Virus record (IMG/VR): IMGVR_UViG_3300030430_004105 | Coordinates: 19,219 to 83,218 of that record | Direction: 5' to 3' (one strand) | Source: a virus | DNA: 64,000 nt | Shown: in pieces, positions 40,046-49,238 of the stretch | How positions within the stretch are numbered: position 1 is the stretch's first letter | Layout: every line of letters starts with the position of its first letter | Notes under the pieces: generated by a model | The model's database searches: none | What the model was told of the DNA's origin: nothing | Seen by the model: the letters and a program-made list of their open reading frames with translations, nothing else | Translations under genes and position numbers: made by a program

Positions 40046-41331
40046 GCTACCTCCAATAGTCTATAGTTCAAATGCTTTCTGGTTTCCCAAGAACCTTCTT
40101 CTTCATATATTCGCTGCATCAAATCAACCCAAGTTTTTTCGAAAACTTCAAAACTGTAATTTTTTATCACATGTTCTCTACCTGCTCTTCCTAGGGCATC
40201 TCGATACTCTTGATCAGCCATGTACATATCTCTTAGGGCGGACGAAACCTTCTTACCATTTAGTCGATCTTCGTATATGTAAGGCACTTCTTGAGATCCA
40301 ATAATCGCCTTAGAATCAGGCTCCAGTCCAATCCCGAACCAAGTCTCTCCGTCTGTAACCTGTTCTTGTAGTCCGCCTGTCATATTCACAATTATTGGTG
40401 TCCCACAAGAAAGAGATTCAAGCGTTGCCAGTCCAAATCCTTCAGCATCTGATATGTTGATCGTACAGTCTGCTAGATTATAAAACATTGCTAGATTTTC
40501 CATTTGAACTTTGTTAGTAGAAAACAAAATCTGTCCATCAATTAATCCTAAGTTTTGAACAATAGCATTGAGATCTTGCCCATATCCATCTTTGGGATCT
40601 GTGTGCATGATTAATGATGCTTTATCATGTCCAACTTGATCTAGAAAGTCTTTAAACCAATAAATCAAAGAACCGCTCTGTTTTCTTCTAGCATTTCGAT
40701 TGTTCCAAAAAAACAAAAACTTTCCTTTTGAATCGTACTGTTCATCAAACTGTGCTCTAAACTCTTCTATCTGTTCTTTTGGCAAAGGCTTAAAAAAGTT
40801 AGAATCAACAGCATGCGGCACATACTGCTCTTTCACATCAGGTGCAACATTTTGCACAATATCACTTGTAACTTTTGATATAGTTGCAATAAAATCGTTA
40901 GATTCGTAAAACCTCTGGTTATATTTTGGTAGTGGGTAGTTGTCCCACACATGATAATATACCATGGGGATTAAAGAACGAATCTCTGCCTCTATTTCCC
41001 AAAGCCAGCCATAAAAACGAGGATCAGTCATAAAATACAAAATATCAGGACGTTCATTTCTGATAATAGATCTTACGATATCCTGTGTGCCATAGCCATC
41101 GACAGGGAAGATTTTCCATCTTTCACCCCATTGTTCCGTGATCTGTGGCTTATGATCCGGATGCTTGATTGCCCCACCAAGACTGACTACATCAAATTTA
41201 TCAGACTTAAGCAGGGCTTCTATAATATATTTAGTTTGAGTTCCGACACCCGATGGCGATAGTGGGTGATCAGATATAGTCAAAACTTTAATTCTTTTTT
41301 CCGACATTTCTTCTCCTTTTGTTACGGACAA
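40042..41331 (-). CDS. GT4-family glycosyltransferase
   Basis: VPHAVD, NRNARRK, AEGFGLATLESLSCGTPII. Confidence 0.9.
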   Translation of the reverse strand: MSVTKGEEMSEKRIKVLTISDHPLSPSGVGTQTKYIIEALLKSDKFDVVSLGGAIKHPDHKPQITEQWGERWKIFPVDGYGTQDIVRSIIRNERPDILYFMTDPRFYGWLWEIEAEIRSLIPMVYYHVWDNYPLPKYNQRFYESNDFIATISKVTSDIVQNVAPDVKEQYVPHAVDSNFFKPLPKEQIEEFRAQFDEQYDSKGKFLFFWNNRNARRKQSGSLIYWFKDFLDQVGHDKASLIMHTDPKDGYGQDLNAIVQNLGLIDGQILFSTNKVQMENLAMFYNLADCTINISDAEGFGLATLESLSCGTPIIVNMTGGLQEQVTDGETWFGIGLEPDSKAIIGSQEVPYIYEDRLNGKKVSSALRDMYMADQEYRDALGRAGREHVIKNYSFEVFEKTWVDLMQRIYEEEGSWETRKHLNYRLLEVA

Positions 41332-42101
41332 TGTTTGGTTCCCTTGAACTCACAATTAGCACAAGAAAGCCTATTCTTAATATAAACACCATTATCAATA
41401 TTGTAAAGCGCTCTTGACAATAATTGCATAGCATTTTCTGTTCTTCTCTTTCCAGAAGTTACTTTAAATAATTCTACTTCGTTAGTCTTGGCGGTTCGCT
41501 TTAGAAGCCCAAAGTGACATTCAATGTTTTTTGGATCAATGCCATGCTTCATTGCATAGTAATGCTTATAAAAAATTAATTGATAGACAACCATTTTGTC
41601 TGATCTTCTTTTAGCATCCCATCCCCATGAACAAGACTTCCAATCCAGAATATGATAAGTCTCGCCTTTTTTGACAACCAAGTCGATATATCCTTTAAAT
41701 TTGAAAGGATTCCCATCATAGTGGGAAATATCCTCAAAAATCTCTTCTTCGCACTTAATAATCTCATAATTCTCACCAAAGTAAGAATCTAACTTTACTT
41801 TATACTTGTCTACCAAGTTTTCTCCTTGAGATCTGAACTGATCAAAATGATTGTCTTTGATTTCTTCAATCAACAAGCCTCTTTCTTTTCCAAATGCTCT
41901 ACCGAAATAGTCTTTTAATTCTGTCTCATCGATCTCATTTTCTAAATGTTTCTCAATTGTCTCATGCAAAGCAGAGCCAAAAGCAGTGTAAATGTTTCCA
42001 GAAAATGATCCCTCAACCTTATCGATTGAAGCCAGTTTGTGATAGAATGGGCATTTAACCCAGTTTTTAAGTTGTGAAAAAGAAATATATTTGTTAGTCA
42101 T
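41322..42101 (-). CDS. PD-(D/E)XK nuclease (AddB/Cas4-like, Fe-S cysteines)
   Basis: SFSQL....CP, FGSALH, KGYIDL, ILDWKS, QL.FY, C-terminal CANCEF....C. Confidence 0.88.
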   Translation of the reverse strand: MTNKYISFSQLKNWVKCPFYHKLASIDKVEGSFSGNIYTAFGSALHETIEKHLENEIDETELKDYFGRAFGKERGLLIEEIKDNHFDQFRSQGENLVDKYKVKLDSYFGENYEIIKCEEEIFEDISHYDGNPFKFKGYIDLVVKKGETYHILDWKSCSWGWDAKRRSDKMVVYQLIFYKHYYAMKHGIDPKNIECHFGLLKRTAKTNEVELFKVTSGKRRTENAMQLLSRALYNIDNGVYIKNRLSCANCEFKGTKHCP

Positions 42102-42430
42102 TAGTCCCCCGATTTTTTTGTTCTTTTCTTTTTATACGTTTGAGGCTTTTGTTTATTCAATTTTTCTTCTTCTTTGGCAATTTTGTTAAAAATCCAAGTT
42201 CCCTCTAGGTTTGGGCTTAGTCCTTTAGTGTTGTAAGACGTAAGCACATTAGAAGATTGTGACTCTAATTCATAATCTGTCAATATTACTCCTTGTTTTG
42301 TAAGGTATTCCACTAATTCCGAATTAGAAAATTCAATGACAGGATCTCTAGCATATGCTCTTGCTGGTAGTTTAACATCAACGATTAGTTTGTTGTCTTC
42401 CTCTGTCTTGTTAATAATAATTTGTTTCAT
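42101..42430 (-). CDS. Hypothetical protein
   Basis: 109 aa, AGGAG RBS. Confidence 0.7.
   Translation of the reverse strand: MKQIIINKTEEDNKLIVDVKLPARAYARDPVIEFSNSELVEYLTKQGVILTDYELESQSSNVLTSYNTKGLSPNLEGTWIFNKIAKEEEKLNKQKPQTYKKKRTKKSGD
42131..42159 (-). promoter_or_regulatory. Class-I promoter (N8 spacer variant)
   Basis: TGAATAAA-CAAAAGCC-TCAAACG-TATAAA, intragenic, upstream of the nuclease gene. Confidence 0.7.
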
Positions 42431-42439
42431 ATTTTCTCC

Positions 42440-43165
42440 TTAAGTAATTTTGAAATCTGTATTCTTTTCTAGAAGTTCTATCCTAGAGTGCAATATTGGT
42501 GATATATTCTTAAGTTGCATGCCACCCTCTAAATAATAGTCTTCAAACCCAGTAGCGAAATATTCACGCACTGACGTGGCTGCATATGGGCGTATGAAGA
42601 GTGTCGGCGCCAAGTTTTTAATCTTTTCATACCCAACAACTTTATACAAAAACTTATCAAACTCTGGATCAAACTCGGTGTTTATAAAATCAAAATACGA
42701 CAAATCATATTCTTCTAAATTATATTCTTGAGTTACTAGATCGTGTAACCTATTCATCTTCCCAAGATATTCATTTATTATCTTACCGTCTTCATAGATT
42801 TTTTCTGAATTGTTCTCCTCAAACCTGTGAGCAAACTCATGCACTAAATCATCTAGTATTTCTTTTTCGCTTACCAATTCATCAGAAGATACGTATATGT
42901 TATCTTTATGATGTAGGGCAGTCAGTGATCTTTTCTTGAGGATATCAAAATCTCCAAAATAGACATTTTTAATCCCAGCATACGACGAAATGGGCAAGTT
43001 AGATCGTAACAAGCCCATAATCTTTTCAATGTCAATGTCATTCTTAAGAGGTTTGTCGAGAACAAACTCGATACCTCTGTTAAAATAGAATCTTTTCTTT
43101 TCCGAAAGTATTTTAGTCTGCGATTGTTGCAGTAACTTCGTTAAGTTGTTTCTGTTCTTTGACAA
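42440..43165 (-). CDS. HEXXH zincin-like protein
   Basis: LVHEFAH...YAATSVREYFA. Confidence 0.7.
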   Translation of the reverse strand: MSKNRNNLTKLLQQSQTKILSEKKRFYFNRGIEFVLDKPLKNDIDIEKIMGLLRSNLPISSYAGIKNVYFGDFDILKKRSLTALHHKDNIYVSSDELVSEKEILDDLVHEFAHRFEENNSEKIYEDGKIINEYLGKMNRLHDLVTQEYNLEEYDLSYFDFINTEFDPEFDKFLYKVVGYEKIKNLAPTLFIRPYAATSVREYFATGFEDYYLEGGMQLKNISPILHSRIELLEKNTDFKIT

Positions 43166-43373
43166 GCCTCTCTCCTTCCTCTACATCGTTTAATGCCTGT
43201 TCATATCCACGAATCCAATTCTCTTCTGCTATAATCATAAGAAAATCTGGGAATTCTTCAGCCATAACTTCTATAATATGTTCTACAGTAACATCACCAT
43301 TCTCAGGATTCAATTTCTCTCCAACATATGTTACAAGTATTTCTTTAATAGTTTTTTTCATGAACATCTCCAT
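43113..43373 (-). CDS. Hypothetical protein (likely start 43361)
   Basis: GGAG upstream of MKKTIK; downstream of a class-I promoter. Confidence 0.7.
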   Translation of the reverse strand: MEMFMKKTIKEILVTYVGEKLNPENGDVTVEHIIEVMAEEFPDFLMIIAEENWIRGYEQALNDVEEGERLVKEQKQLNEVTATIAD

Positions 43374-43382
43374 TGTATAGTA

Positions 43383-43412
43383 TTTATACGTTTGAGTATA
43401 AAGATTTATTCA
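43383..43412 (-). promoter_or_regulatory. Class-I promoter TGAATAAA-N9-TCAAACG-TATAAA
   Basis: Intergenic copy of the motif. Confidence 0.8.
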
Positions 43413-43459
43413 AAATTTTTACATAAAAGTTTTATTATGTAAGAGAAATTTGATTTTCT

Positions 43460-44884
43460 TTACAAACGCTTGGCTGCTTCTGTTGCAAGTCTTGATCTTT
43501 CACCCTTCTTGAATGATACATGTCCAGCAATGACTGAGTCTTTAAACTTCTCAATAGCGTATGTGAGTCCGTTAGAAGTCTCATTGGTATATACGTTATC
43601 GATCTGCTCAATATCTCCAGTGAGAACTACCTTGGTGCCTTCACCGGCTCTTGTGATGATTGTCTTGACTTCGTGTGCTGTGAGGTTTTGTGCCTCGTCC
43701 ACAATGATAAACGAATTGGATATCGATCTACCCCTGATGTATGTCAGCGCTTCTAATTCAATTGCGCCGGACTCCATAAGTTGTTCCATGATAATCTTGT
43801 CGTTCCCTACGATAAATTGAATATTATCTTGAATTGGCTTTAGCCAAGGCATCATTTTTTCTTCCATGGTACCGGGTAAGAATCCAATATCTTTGCCCAT
43901 TGGCTGTACTGGACGAGATACTACCATCTTATTGAATGCGATCCCCTCTTCTTCATCCTCTATTGTGTTATATCTTTTTGATACTTCTAATTTATGCTTT
44001 GTGTCCAGTTTGTTGTTAAACATTTTACCAAACGTCACTGACTGTTCCATACCTGCGGCAATAGCACATAGTGTCTTTCCAGATCCTGCTTGCCCTGTAA
44101 GTGTGACAAGGTGAATATCTGGATCCATAAGCAAGTCAAATGCAAATGTCTGCTCTTTGTTTCTAGGCTGCACACCCCAGTTAAGATTGTTCTTGCAGTC
44201 TAGCAGTCTATCAACTGGCTCATTGCAGTTGTAGTAGCGACACAGTGCTGTCTTCTTCTCATTATACGAAGAAACAAGCATCAAGAATATGTTTGGGTAT
44301 AGTGCAACTTTCTGTTCATCGGCAAATTCTTTTGTAATAAATATATCCTCACCAGAGTAAAACTGATCCACCAACTCATCATCAACCAAGACAGTAGCCA
44401 TACCTGAATACAGTTTGTCCGTGTCTTCAACTACTTGAGAAACAAGGTAGTCTTGAGACAGCATACCAACAGCATCGGCGATAACTCTCAAGTTTATATC
44501 TCTAGATACTAGGATCACCTTTCTAGATTTAGGGCTGTTTGCTTTTACTGTCATTGCTGTTTCTAAAATCATGTGATCTGCAACACCAGAGGTTAAGTCT
44601 TTTGGGAGTTTCTCAGAGACACTGTCGTAAGTTACAACAGATACAATTCCTTTCCCTTTGTCAATCCTTACGCCTTTTTGTAAAGATCCTTTTTCTCGTA
44701 AACTATCCAAGATTCTGATGAAAGAACGAGCATTGGAACCTACAGAATCTTGCCTCTTTTTGTGTTTGTCAACTTCTTCCAATACTTTCAATGGGATAAC
44801 TATATCATTGTTATCAAATTTTTTGATACAACTAAAATCACTTAAGAATACGCTTGTATCAATCACATATGTTTTCTTCGCCAT
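43460..44884 (-). CDS. phoH: PIN-PhoH fusion (PhoH2/YlaK-like)
   Basis: PIN: VIDTSV, LEEVD, ADH, SRDINLR. PhoH: GQAGSGKT, GFLPG, RGRS, DEAQN, TRAG, GDIEQID. Confidence 0.93.
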   Translation of the reverse strand: MAKKTYVIDTSVFLSDFSCIKKFDNNDIVIPLKVLEEVDKHKKRQDSVGSNARSFIRILDSLREKGSLQKGVRIDKGKGIVSVVTYDSVSEKLPKDLTSGVADHMILETAMTVKANSPKSRKVILVSRDINLRVIADAVGMLSQDYLVSQVVEDTDKLYSGMATVLVDDELVDQFYSGEDIFITKEFADEQKVALYPNIFLMLVSSYNEKKTALCRYYNCNEPVDRLLDCKNNLNWGVQPRNKEQTFAFDLLMDPDIHLVTLTGQAGSGKTLCAIAAGMEQSVTFGKMFNNKLDTKHKLEVSKRYNTIEDEEEGIAFNKMVVSRPVQPMGKDIGFLPGTMEEKMMPWLKPIQDNIQFIVGNDKIIMEQLMESGAIELEALTYIRGRSISNSFIIVDEAQNLTAHEVKTIITRAGEGTKVVLTGDIEQIDNVYTNETSNGLTYAIEKFKDSVIAGHVSFKKGERSRLATEAAKRL

Positions 44885-44894
44885 AGGGACTCCT

Positions 44895-45170
44895 TTATGT
44901 TAGCATCTGTATCTCTAAAACCAGATTGCTAGTACCTTTAATTATCCTATGGTAAGACATTTTGGGAATAAAATATTCCTTTCCTTCAATTAATTTCGTT
45001 GGTAATTGATTATCCATTTGGAGGTACCAAGAAGCCCCCTCAAGGACTTTTACTACCCTATCCTCTCTATCCATATGCCAGACTAGTTCGGATGGATCTA
45101 CGTCCACTGAGAACGTTCTACGGACTATGTTTTCTCTCAATTTTACTTGTTTGAATGGAAAATCTTTCAT
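44895..45170 (-). CDS. Small cupin-like phage protein
   Basis: ELVWHMDREDR...FIPK..YHRIIKG. Confidence 0.7.
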   Translation of the reverse strand: MKDFPFKQVKLRENIVRRTFSVDVDPSELVWHMDREDRVVKVLEGASWYLQMDNQLPTKLIEGKEYFIPKMSYHRIIKGTSNLVLEIQMLT

Positions 45171-46042
45171 TTCTTTCCTTTTCTAATTTCTTCCTTCACT
45201 AGTTGCCTAATGTATGATTTTGTCACTTTTGAGGCTTTAGACTCTTCAAGTCTACCGGCATATCCTAGATCTTCCATGTTATCTTTTCCAACAACCTTTT
45301 CTACAGCCAGTTCTGGTATAAAATTAAGATCTTCAAGATCATATCCAAATCTATCCCAAGATTGTTGAAGCCCGGGTGTTTGAGATGCGATATAAGCAAG
45401 TTCAGTCTGCCTTTTCTCTCCAGAATCATATGCATCTTGAACTCTTTTAACCGCTTTGTTTAGAAGATTATTAAATATTTCGCGATACTGTCCGATAGAA
45501 GGACTTTGCTGGTATGGAAAATTATGTACACCGATGGTACCATCCGATCCACCAAACTCGTCATAAATTCCTTGCTCATATTCTTCATCATCAGATAATT
45601 GTGGTGGTGCGACTTCGGGAGGATATACATCAGCCAAAGAAATTGCTTGATTTACCATTCTCATATTTTCTGAATTGAAAGATTTTCTGATTCTTTCATC
45701 TTGATGATTAGCCATTGCAGCAAAAAACTGATATTGTTTTTTTGCCTCTGCCTTCTCTTCTGGAGTTGGCACCCTAGGCTCTTCAAAATCAACCAAGGGA
45801 TCGTAGTCTTCAAGATCTGGCATGCCAACAGACTTAATTCTTAGTTTTTCCAACTTTTTCCTGAACTCTATATTTGGATGTCTATATAATGGTTCGTAAT
45901 ATTTTGCCTGAATCCTATTTCGTGGAGATAAATCTCCTCTTGCGAGATCCACAGCCCTACCTTTAGGATCTACAAATGTAGTTTCTTGTAATGCTTCTTT
46001 GACTAATTGTTTAATATATGATTTTGTTACTTTACTTTTCAT
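45167..46042 (-). CDS. Hypothetical protein with the same targeting-like motif at both termini
   Basis: SKVTKSYIKQLVKEALQE (N-term) and SKVTKSYIRQLVKEEIRK (C-term). Confidence 0.8.
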   Translation of the reverse strand: MKSKVTKSYIKQLVKEALQETTFVDPKGRAVDLARGDLSPRNRIQAKYYEPLYRHPNIEFRKKLEKLRIKSVGMPDLEDYDPLVDFEEPRVPTPEEKAEAKKQYQFFAAMANHQDERIRKSFNSENMRMVNQAISLADVYPPEVAPPQLSDDEEYEQGIYDEFGGSDGTIGVHNFPYQQSPSIGQYREIFNNLLNKAVKRVQDAYDSGEKRQTELAYIASQTPGLQQSWDRFGYDLEDLNFIPELAVEKVVGKDNMEDLGYAGRLEESKASKVTKSYIRQLVKEEIRKGKK

Positions 46043-46053
46043 GTTTTGTCTCC

Positions 46054-46950
46054 TTACCAGAATCTTCCCGGAACATTTGTCCCGAAATCTTTATGCGCCC
46101 TACAAGCCCAATATCCGGCTTTAGTGCGATCTTTCTTCTCGGCGCATCTATGACGTGAAGCAAAAGACTTACGAGCCTCAGCGCTGTTCCAGTTACCTTT
46201 AAGTCCACCTTGTGAGTCACCATAGGTAATCTTTTTGATCTTACCTGTCTTAGGATTACGTACAAATACCTTATACTTCTTTCCTCCTCCAGTGTTTTTA
46301 GTAGGCTTACCTATTGGAGGATCTTTCTTTTTCTTCTTCTTACGTTTCTTTCTTTCCTCTAGAGTCTCAGTGTACATTGGAAAGTCAAGTGGTACCTTTT
46401 CTCCTCTAAAAGTAGCCCATTCACCTAGATCAGACTCAAGCATTTCTTTTTCTTCTTCGTTGAGCGGAGTATAATTACCTTTCTTATACTGCACTCTTGC
46501 TTCTTTGATTAGGTTAAAATATGCATCAGAGCCAACTCTGTAAACATTCTCTGTCAATGGAGTCCTGTTTTTAATGTGATAGTTCAAGCCTTCGTTACTT
46601 TTTTTTTTATTTTCTCCCAAATTTATGGTGTACTCATATTTTGTGTGCCCTGTTTCTTGATCAAAGACTTCAGATCTTTCAGTAAACATTTTCTTAAGAG
46701 AATCTTTTGTCAACATTTTCATCGAACCCATTTCAAATCTTATAAAGCCGTTGCCCATAAATTCAACGTTCACAGTGGATGGCAGCACGTCTACAACTTT
46801 TAATGCAAACTTGTTGTCCGCTCTATCTTCTTTTCCTTGTGGAACCCAAATTTGCCCAACAAAGAATTCTTCCTGAGTAGAATCTTCTTCAAGAACTGCT
46901 AGCAATTCTTCTTTGATTATTTGCATTAAATAAGATTTTTTTACTTTCAT
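46054..46950 (-). CDS. Modular basic protein; C-terminal module common in T4-like phages (recalled as DUF6321)
   Basis: KKYKVFVRNPKTG...ARKSFASRHRC...KAGYWAC; N-term KKSYLMQIIKEE. Confidence 0.75.
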   Translation of the reverse strand: MKVKKSYLMQIIKEELLAVLEEDSTQEEFFVGQIWVPQGKEDRADNKFALKVVDVLPSTVNVEFMGNGFIRFEMGSMKMLTKDSLKKMFTERSEVFDQETGHTKYEYTINLGENKKKSNEGLNYHIKNRTPLTENVYRVGSDAYFNLIKEARVQYKKGNYTPLNEEEKEMLESDLGEWATFRGEKVPLDFPMYTETLEERKKRKKKKKKDPPIGKPTKNTGGGKKYKVFVRNPKTGKIKKITYGDSQGGLKGNWNSAEARKSFASRHRCAEKKDRTKAGYWACRAHKDFGTNVPGRFW

Positions 46951-47999
46951 TTCTTTTTACCTCTTCGTTTGGAATCTTTTTTACCCCATGACTTACCTTT
47001 AGATCCTTTCATTTTCTTACATGCACCGGGGGTTGGGCGACATGCAGGATATCGTTTTCTTTTCTCTCCAGATGATCTGCCACATGATTTATAGCCACCT
47101 TTGCCGTCTGGAGCATTACAATCAACCCAACCTTTCTTGCCGCCTTTTGCTCCTCTTCTCCCAAACCAATCTCTAAGAGATCGTTCAGATGACGGCTTTG
47201 AGGTTAATTTACGCTTCTTTTTGCGCTTTTTCTTTTCCATCAAAAATTTATCAACTTTCTTCTTCAATGATTTTATTAAGCCATCAATAGACATATCGTA
47301 CACTCTACTTGCATGGTATCCTGCACCTCTCATCATCAAATGGAATTCATCCAAAAAATTATTAAATTCCACATAATCCCTTTGAGAATCTGGGTATAAC
47401 ACTTCTACAGATGCGGCATATTGTGGATCAATCGACGGATTTTTAGCAGCCATTTCGCGAGTGGGGTACCTCTTTAACCAGTTCATACTATTAGTTGAGC
47501 CGTTATATTTTTTTTTTAGAATCTCTAATTGCTCTATGGCGTTAAAGATAAAGTCTTGATGTTGTTGGTAGTGTTGTTCTAACTGTTGACTACTCATTTG
47601 TGTGGTTTCTGAAACTATTCCCTCTAAGATTTCTTCATCTAGTTCCAACTCTTCATTAGTTTTCTTAGATTTATTACCCCAGTTCTTTGCTCCAACCTTA
47701 CGACACTTAACAAGTGCACCAGAAGCATAAGCACTCGGCCACACATCATAACGTGCACGTACCTTGTGATAACAAGCATCCTTCTTGCCCTTAGCCTTTT
47801 TCTTCTTCTTGCGACGCTTCTTTTTGGCAGCCTTACGTTTCTTTCCTTTCTTCTCGTCTAGAAGATCTTCAGCCTCATTTAAAATCTGAGAATAGTCTTC
47901 AAGATCCTCAAAATCGTCTTCAGATATGAGCGATAGATTCGGATCATATTCGTATTTTGGCTCTTCATCGATTAAAAAGTCTCTCCATTTGTTATTCAT
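46947..47999 (-). CDS. Modular basic protein (KKDACYHKV...WPSAYASG module plus a DUF5872-like module)
   Basis: DACYHKVRARYDVWPSAYASGALVKCRK; SLRDWF...WVDC...YPACRP; poly-K tracts. Confidence 0.75.
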   Translation of the reverse strand: MNNKWRDFLIDEEPKYEYDPNLSLISEDDFEDLEDYSQILNEAEDLLDEKKGKKRKAAKKKRRKKKKKAKGKKDACYHKVRARYDVWPSAYASGALVKCRKVGAKNWGNKSKKTNEELELDEEILEGIVSETTQMSSQQLEQHYQQHQDFIFNAIEQLEILKKKYNGSTNSMNWLKRYPTREMAAKNPSIDPQYAASVEVLYPDSQRDYVEFNNFLDEFHLMMRGAGYHASRVYDMSIDGLIKSLKKKVDKFLMEKKKRKKKRKLTSKPSSERSLRDWFGRRGAKGGKKGWVDCNAPDGKGGYKSCGRSSGEKRKRYPACRPTPGACKKMKGSKGKSWGKKDSKRRGKKK

Positions 48000-48019
48000 G
48001 CGTAACCCTCATTTTGAAA

Positions 48020-48027
48020 TAAATAGT
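48020..48027 (-). promoter_or_regulatory. Putative late promoter (ACTATTTA)
   Basis: Lies just after a terminator and before the 47999 start. Confidence 0.65.
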
Positions 48028-48038
48028 CACTTAACAAC

Positions 48039-48069
48039 AAAAAAGAGAAGATACGAATATCTTCTCTTT
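48039..48069 (-). terminator. Intrinsic terminator
   Basis: AAAGAGAAGATA-TTCG-TATCTTCTCTTT-TTT: perfect stem, UUCG loop, U tract. Confidence 0.85.
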
Positions 48070-48150
48070 AAAATTCAGGAGGGGGGGAGAGTTTTTCATA
48101 AAAATGACAATTTTTACACTAGTAAGTATTATTTAAATAATTAAAAATCC

Positions 48151-48594
48151 TCAACTAGGATAATTTTTTACAAGATTTTTTGCTAAATCTGAAGAAGAAT
48201 TGAATTTATAGTCTCCTCCAATTCCCCATAACATCCCGATTCCCAATTCTTCACAAACATCTTGCTCTGGAGTGTTAGATTTTCCTCTGTCGCCGCCATT
48301 TGCGAAGTAGTCTGGGCGTATCATTCGAATCGCATTGCACACTGTGTCATCCGAATCATCCACTGCGGCAACCAAAATCACACCTTTGATCTCTCTAAGG
48401 ATTTTTGCCCTCTCTTCAAAGGACATAAACACATATCCTTTCTTTCTCATCAGCCATTCGTCTGAATTTGCAACAACAATCACATTACCTCGCTGTGCTG
48501 CATCACGAATCATTTGTACATGTCCTCCGTGAATAGGATCAAAACCTCCAGATACCATCACTGTTGGTAAATTAAGTCTTCTAGATTTCATCAT
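48151..48594 (-). CDS. HIGH-motif cytidylyl/adenylyltransferase (TagD/RfaE-like)
   Basis: SGGFDPIHGGH, VANSD, ER, NGGDR, SSS. Confidence 0.9.
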   Translation of the reverse strand: MMKSRRLNLPTVMVSGGFDPIHGGHVQMIRDAAQRGNVIVVANSDEWLMRKKGYVFMSFEERAKILREIKGVILVAAVDDSDDTVCNAIRMIRPDYFANGGDRGKSNTPEQDVCEELGIGMLWGIGGDYKFNSSSDLAKNLVKNYPS

Positions 48595-49112
48595 TTTATC
48601 TCCTTTATGGTTACTTTTTCTCTTGCTTTGTCAATATCTTCCATTATATTTTCTTGCTTAGAAGACAGATAGTTTGCTTTTCCAGCAAAAGACTTTGGCA
48701 GTTTTGTATACTTTGATGACTTTCTGCTTTCCATATTTTTCATTATTTCACCAGTAAAAAGATCGATCATTGCTTTCAATTCTTTTATAGTTAAAAATAG
48801 AATTGTTAATAGTAAAATTTGATTTGTGTTGTTTTTATCATAGTAGCCACCGCACAAGTCACACCTTAAAGTTTGATATTCATCTGTGACAAACAAGAAC
48901 ATTTCTTCGTTATTTAAGGTTATAAATAAATCCTTCTCTTCAGTTATTTTAAAATCATAATCATCATCATCCTTCATCATAGACTGGAATAGATCAGTAT
49001 ACATCATGAAAAAGTTTTCCTTGTCATAATCACTCACAAACTTAAATTGAGATAAATCCAAACCATTTTCAATAAATGCTTGAATCATTTCGTCTATTGT
49101 TTTATCTTTCAT
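48591..49112 (-). CDS. Hypothetical protein
   Basis: 173 aa, GAGG RBS right after the tRNA. Confidence 0.7.
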   Translation of the reverse strand: MKDKTIDEMIQAFIENGLDLSQFKFVSDYDKENFFMMYTDLFQSMMKDDDDYDFKITEEKDLFITLNNEEMFLFVTDEYQTLRCDLCGGYYDKNNTNQILLLTILFLTIKELKAMIDLFTGEIMKNMESRKSSKYTKLPKSFAGKANYLSSKQENIMEDIDKAREKVTIKEIK

Positions 49113-49124
49113 TTTTTACCTCAG

Positions 49125-49200
49125 TGGTACACTCGGCTGGACTCGAACCAGCAATCGACTGCTTAGAAGGCAGTTGCTTTATCCATTAAGCCACGAGTGC
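49125..49200 (-). tRNA. tRNA-Arg(UCU) with encoded CCA
   Basis: GCACTCG/CGAGTGT acceptor stem, ACTGC-CTTCTAA-GCAGT anticodon arm, GGTTCGAGTCC T-arm, 3' ACCA; 76 nt. Confidence 0.96.
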
Positions 49201-49208
49201 CTATATTT

Positions 49209-49238
49209 ATTATACGATTGAGTGTAGTATTTTATTCA
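49209..49238 (-). promoter_or_regulatory. Class-I promoter for the tRNA (TGAATAAA-N9-TCAATCG-TATAAT)
   Basis: The -10 ends 8 nt before tRNA +1. Confidence 0.82.

Noticed and set aside
41322-42101. Cas4 / CRISPR system
   Set aside because: No repeat-spacer array or other cas genes were seen; stand-alone Cas4-like nucleases are common in phages.
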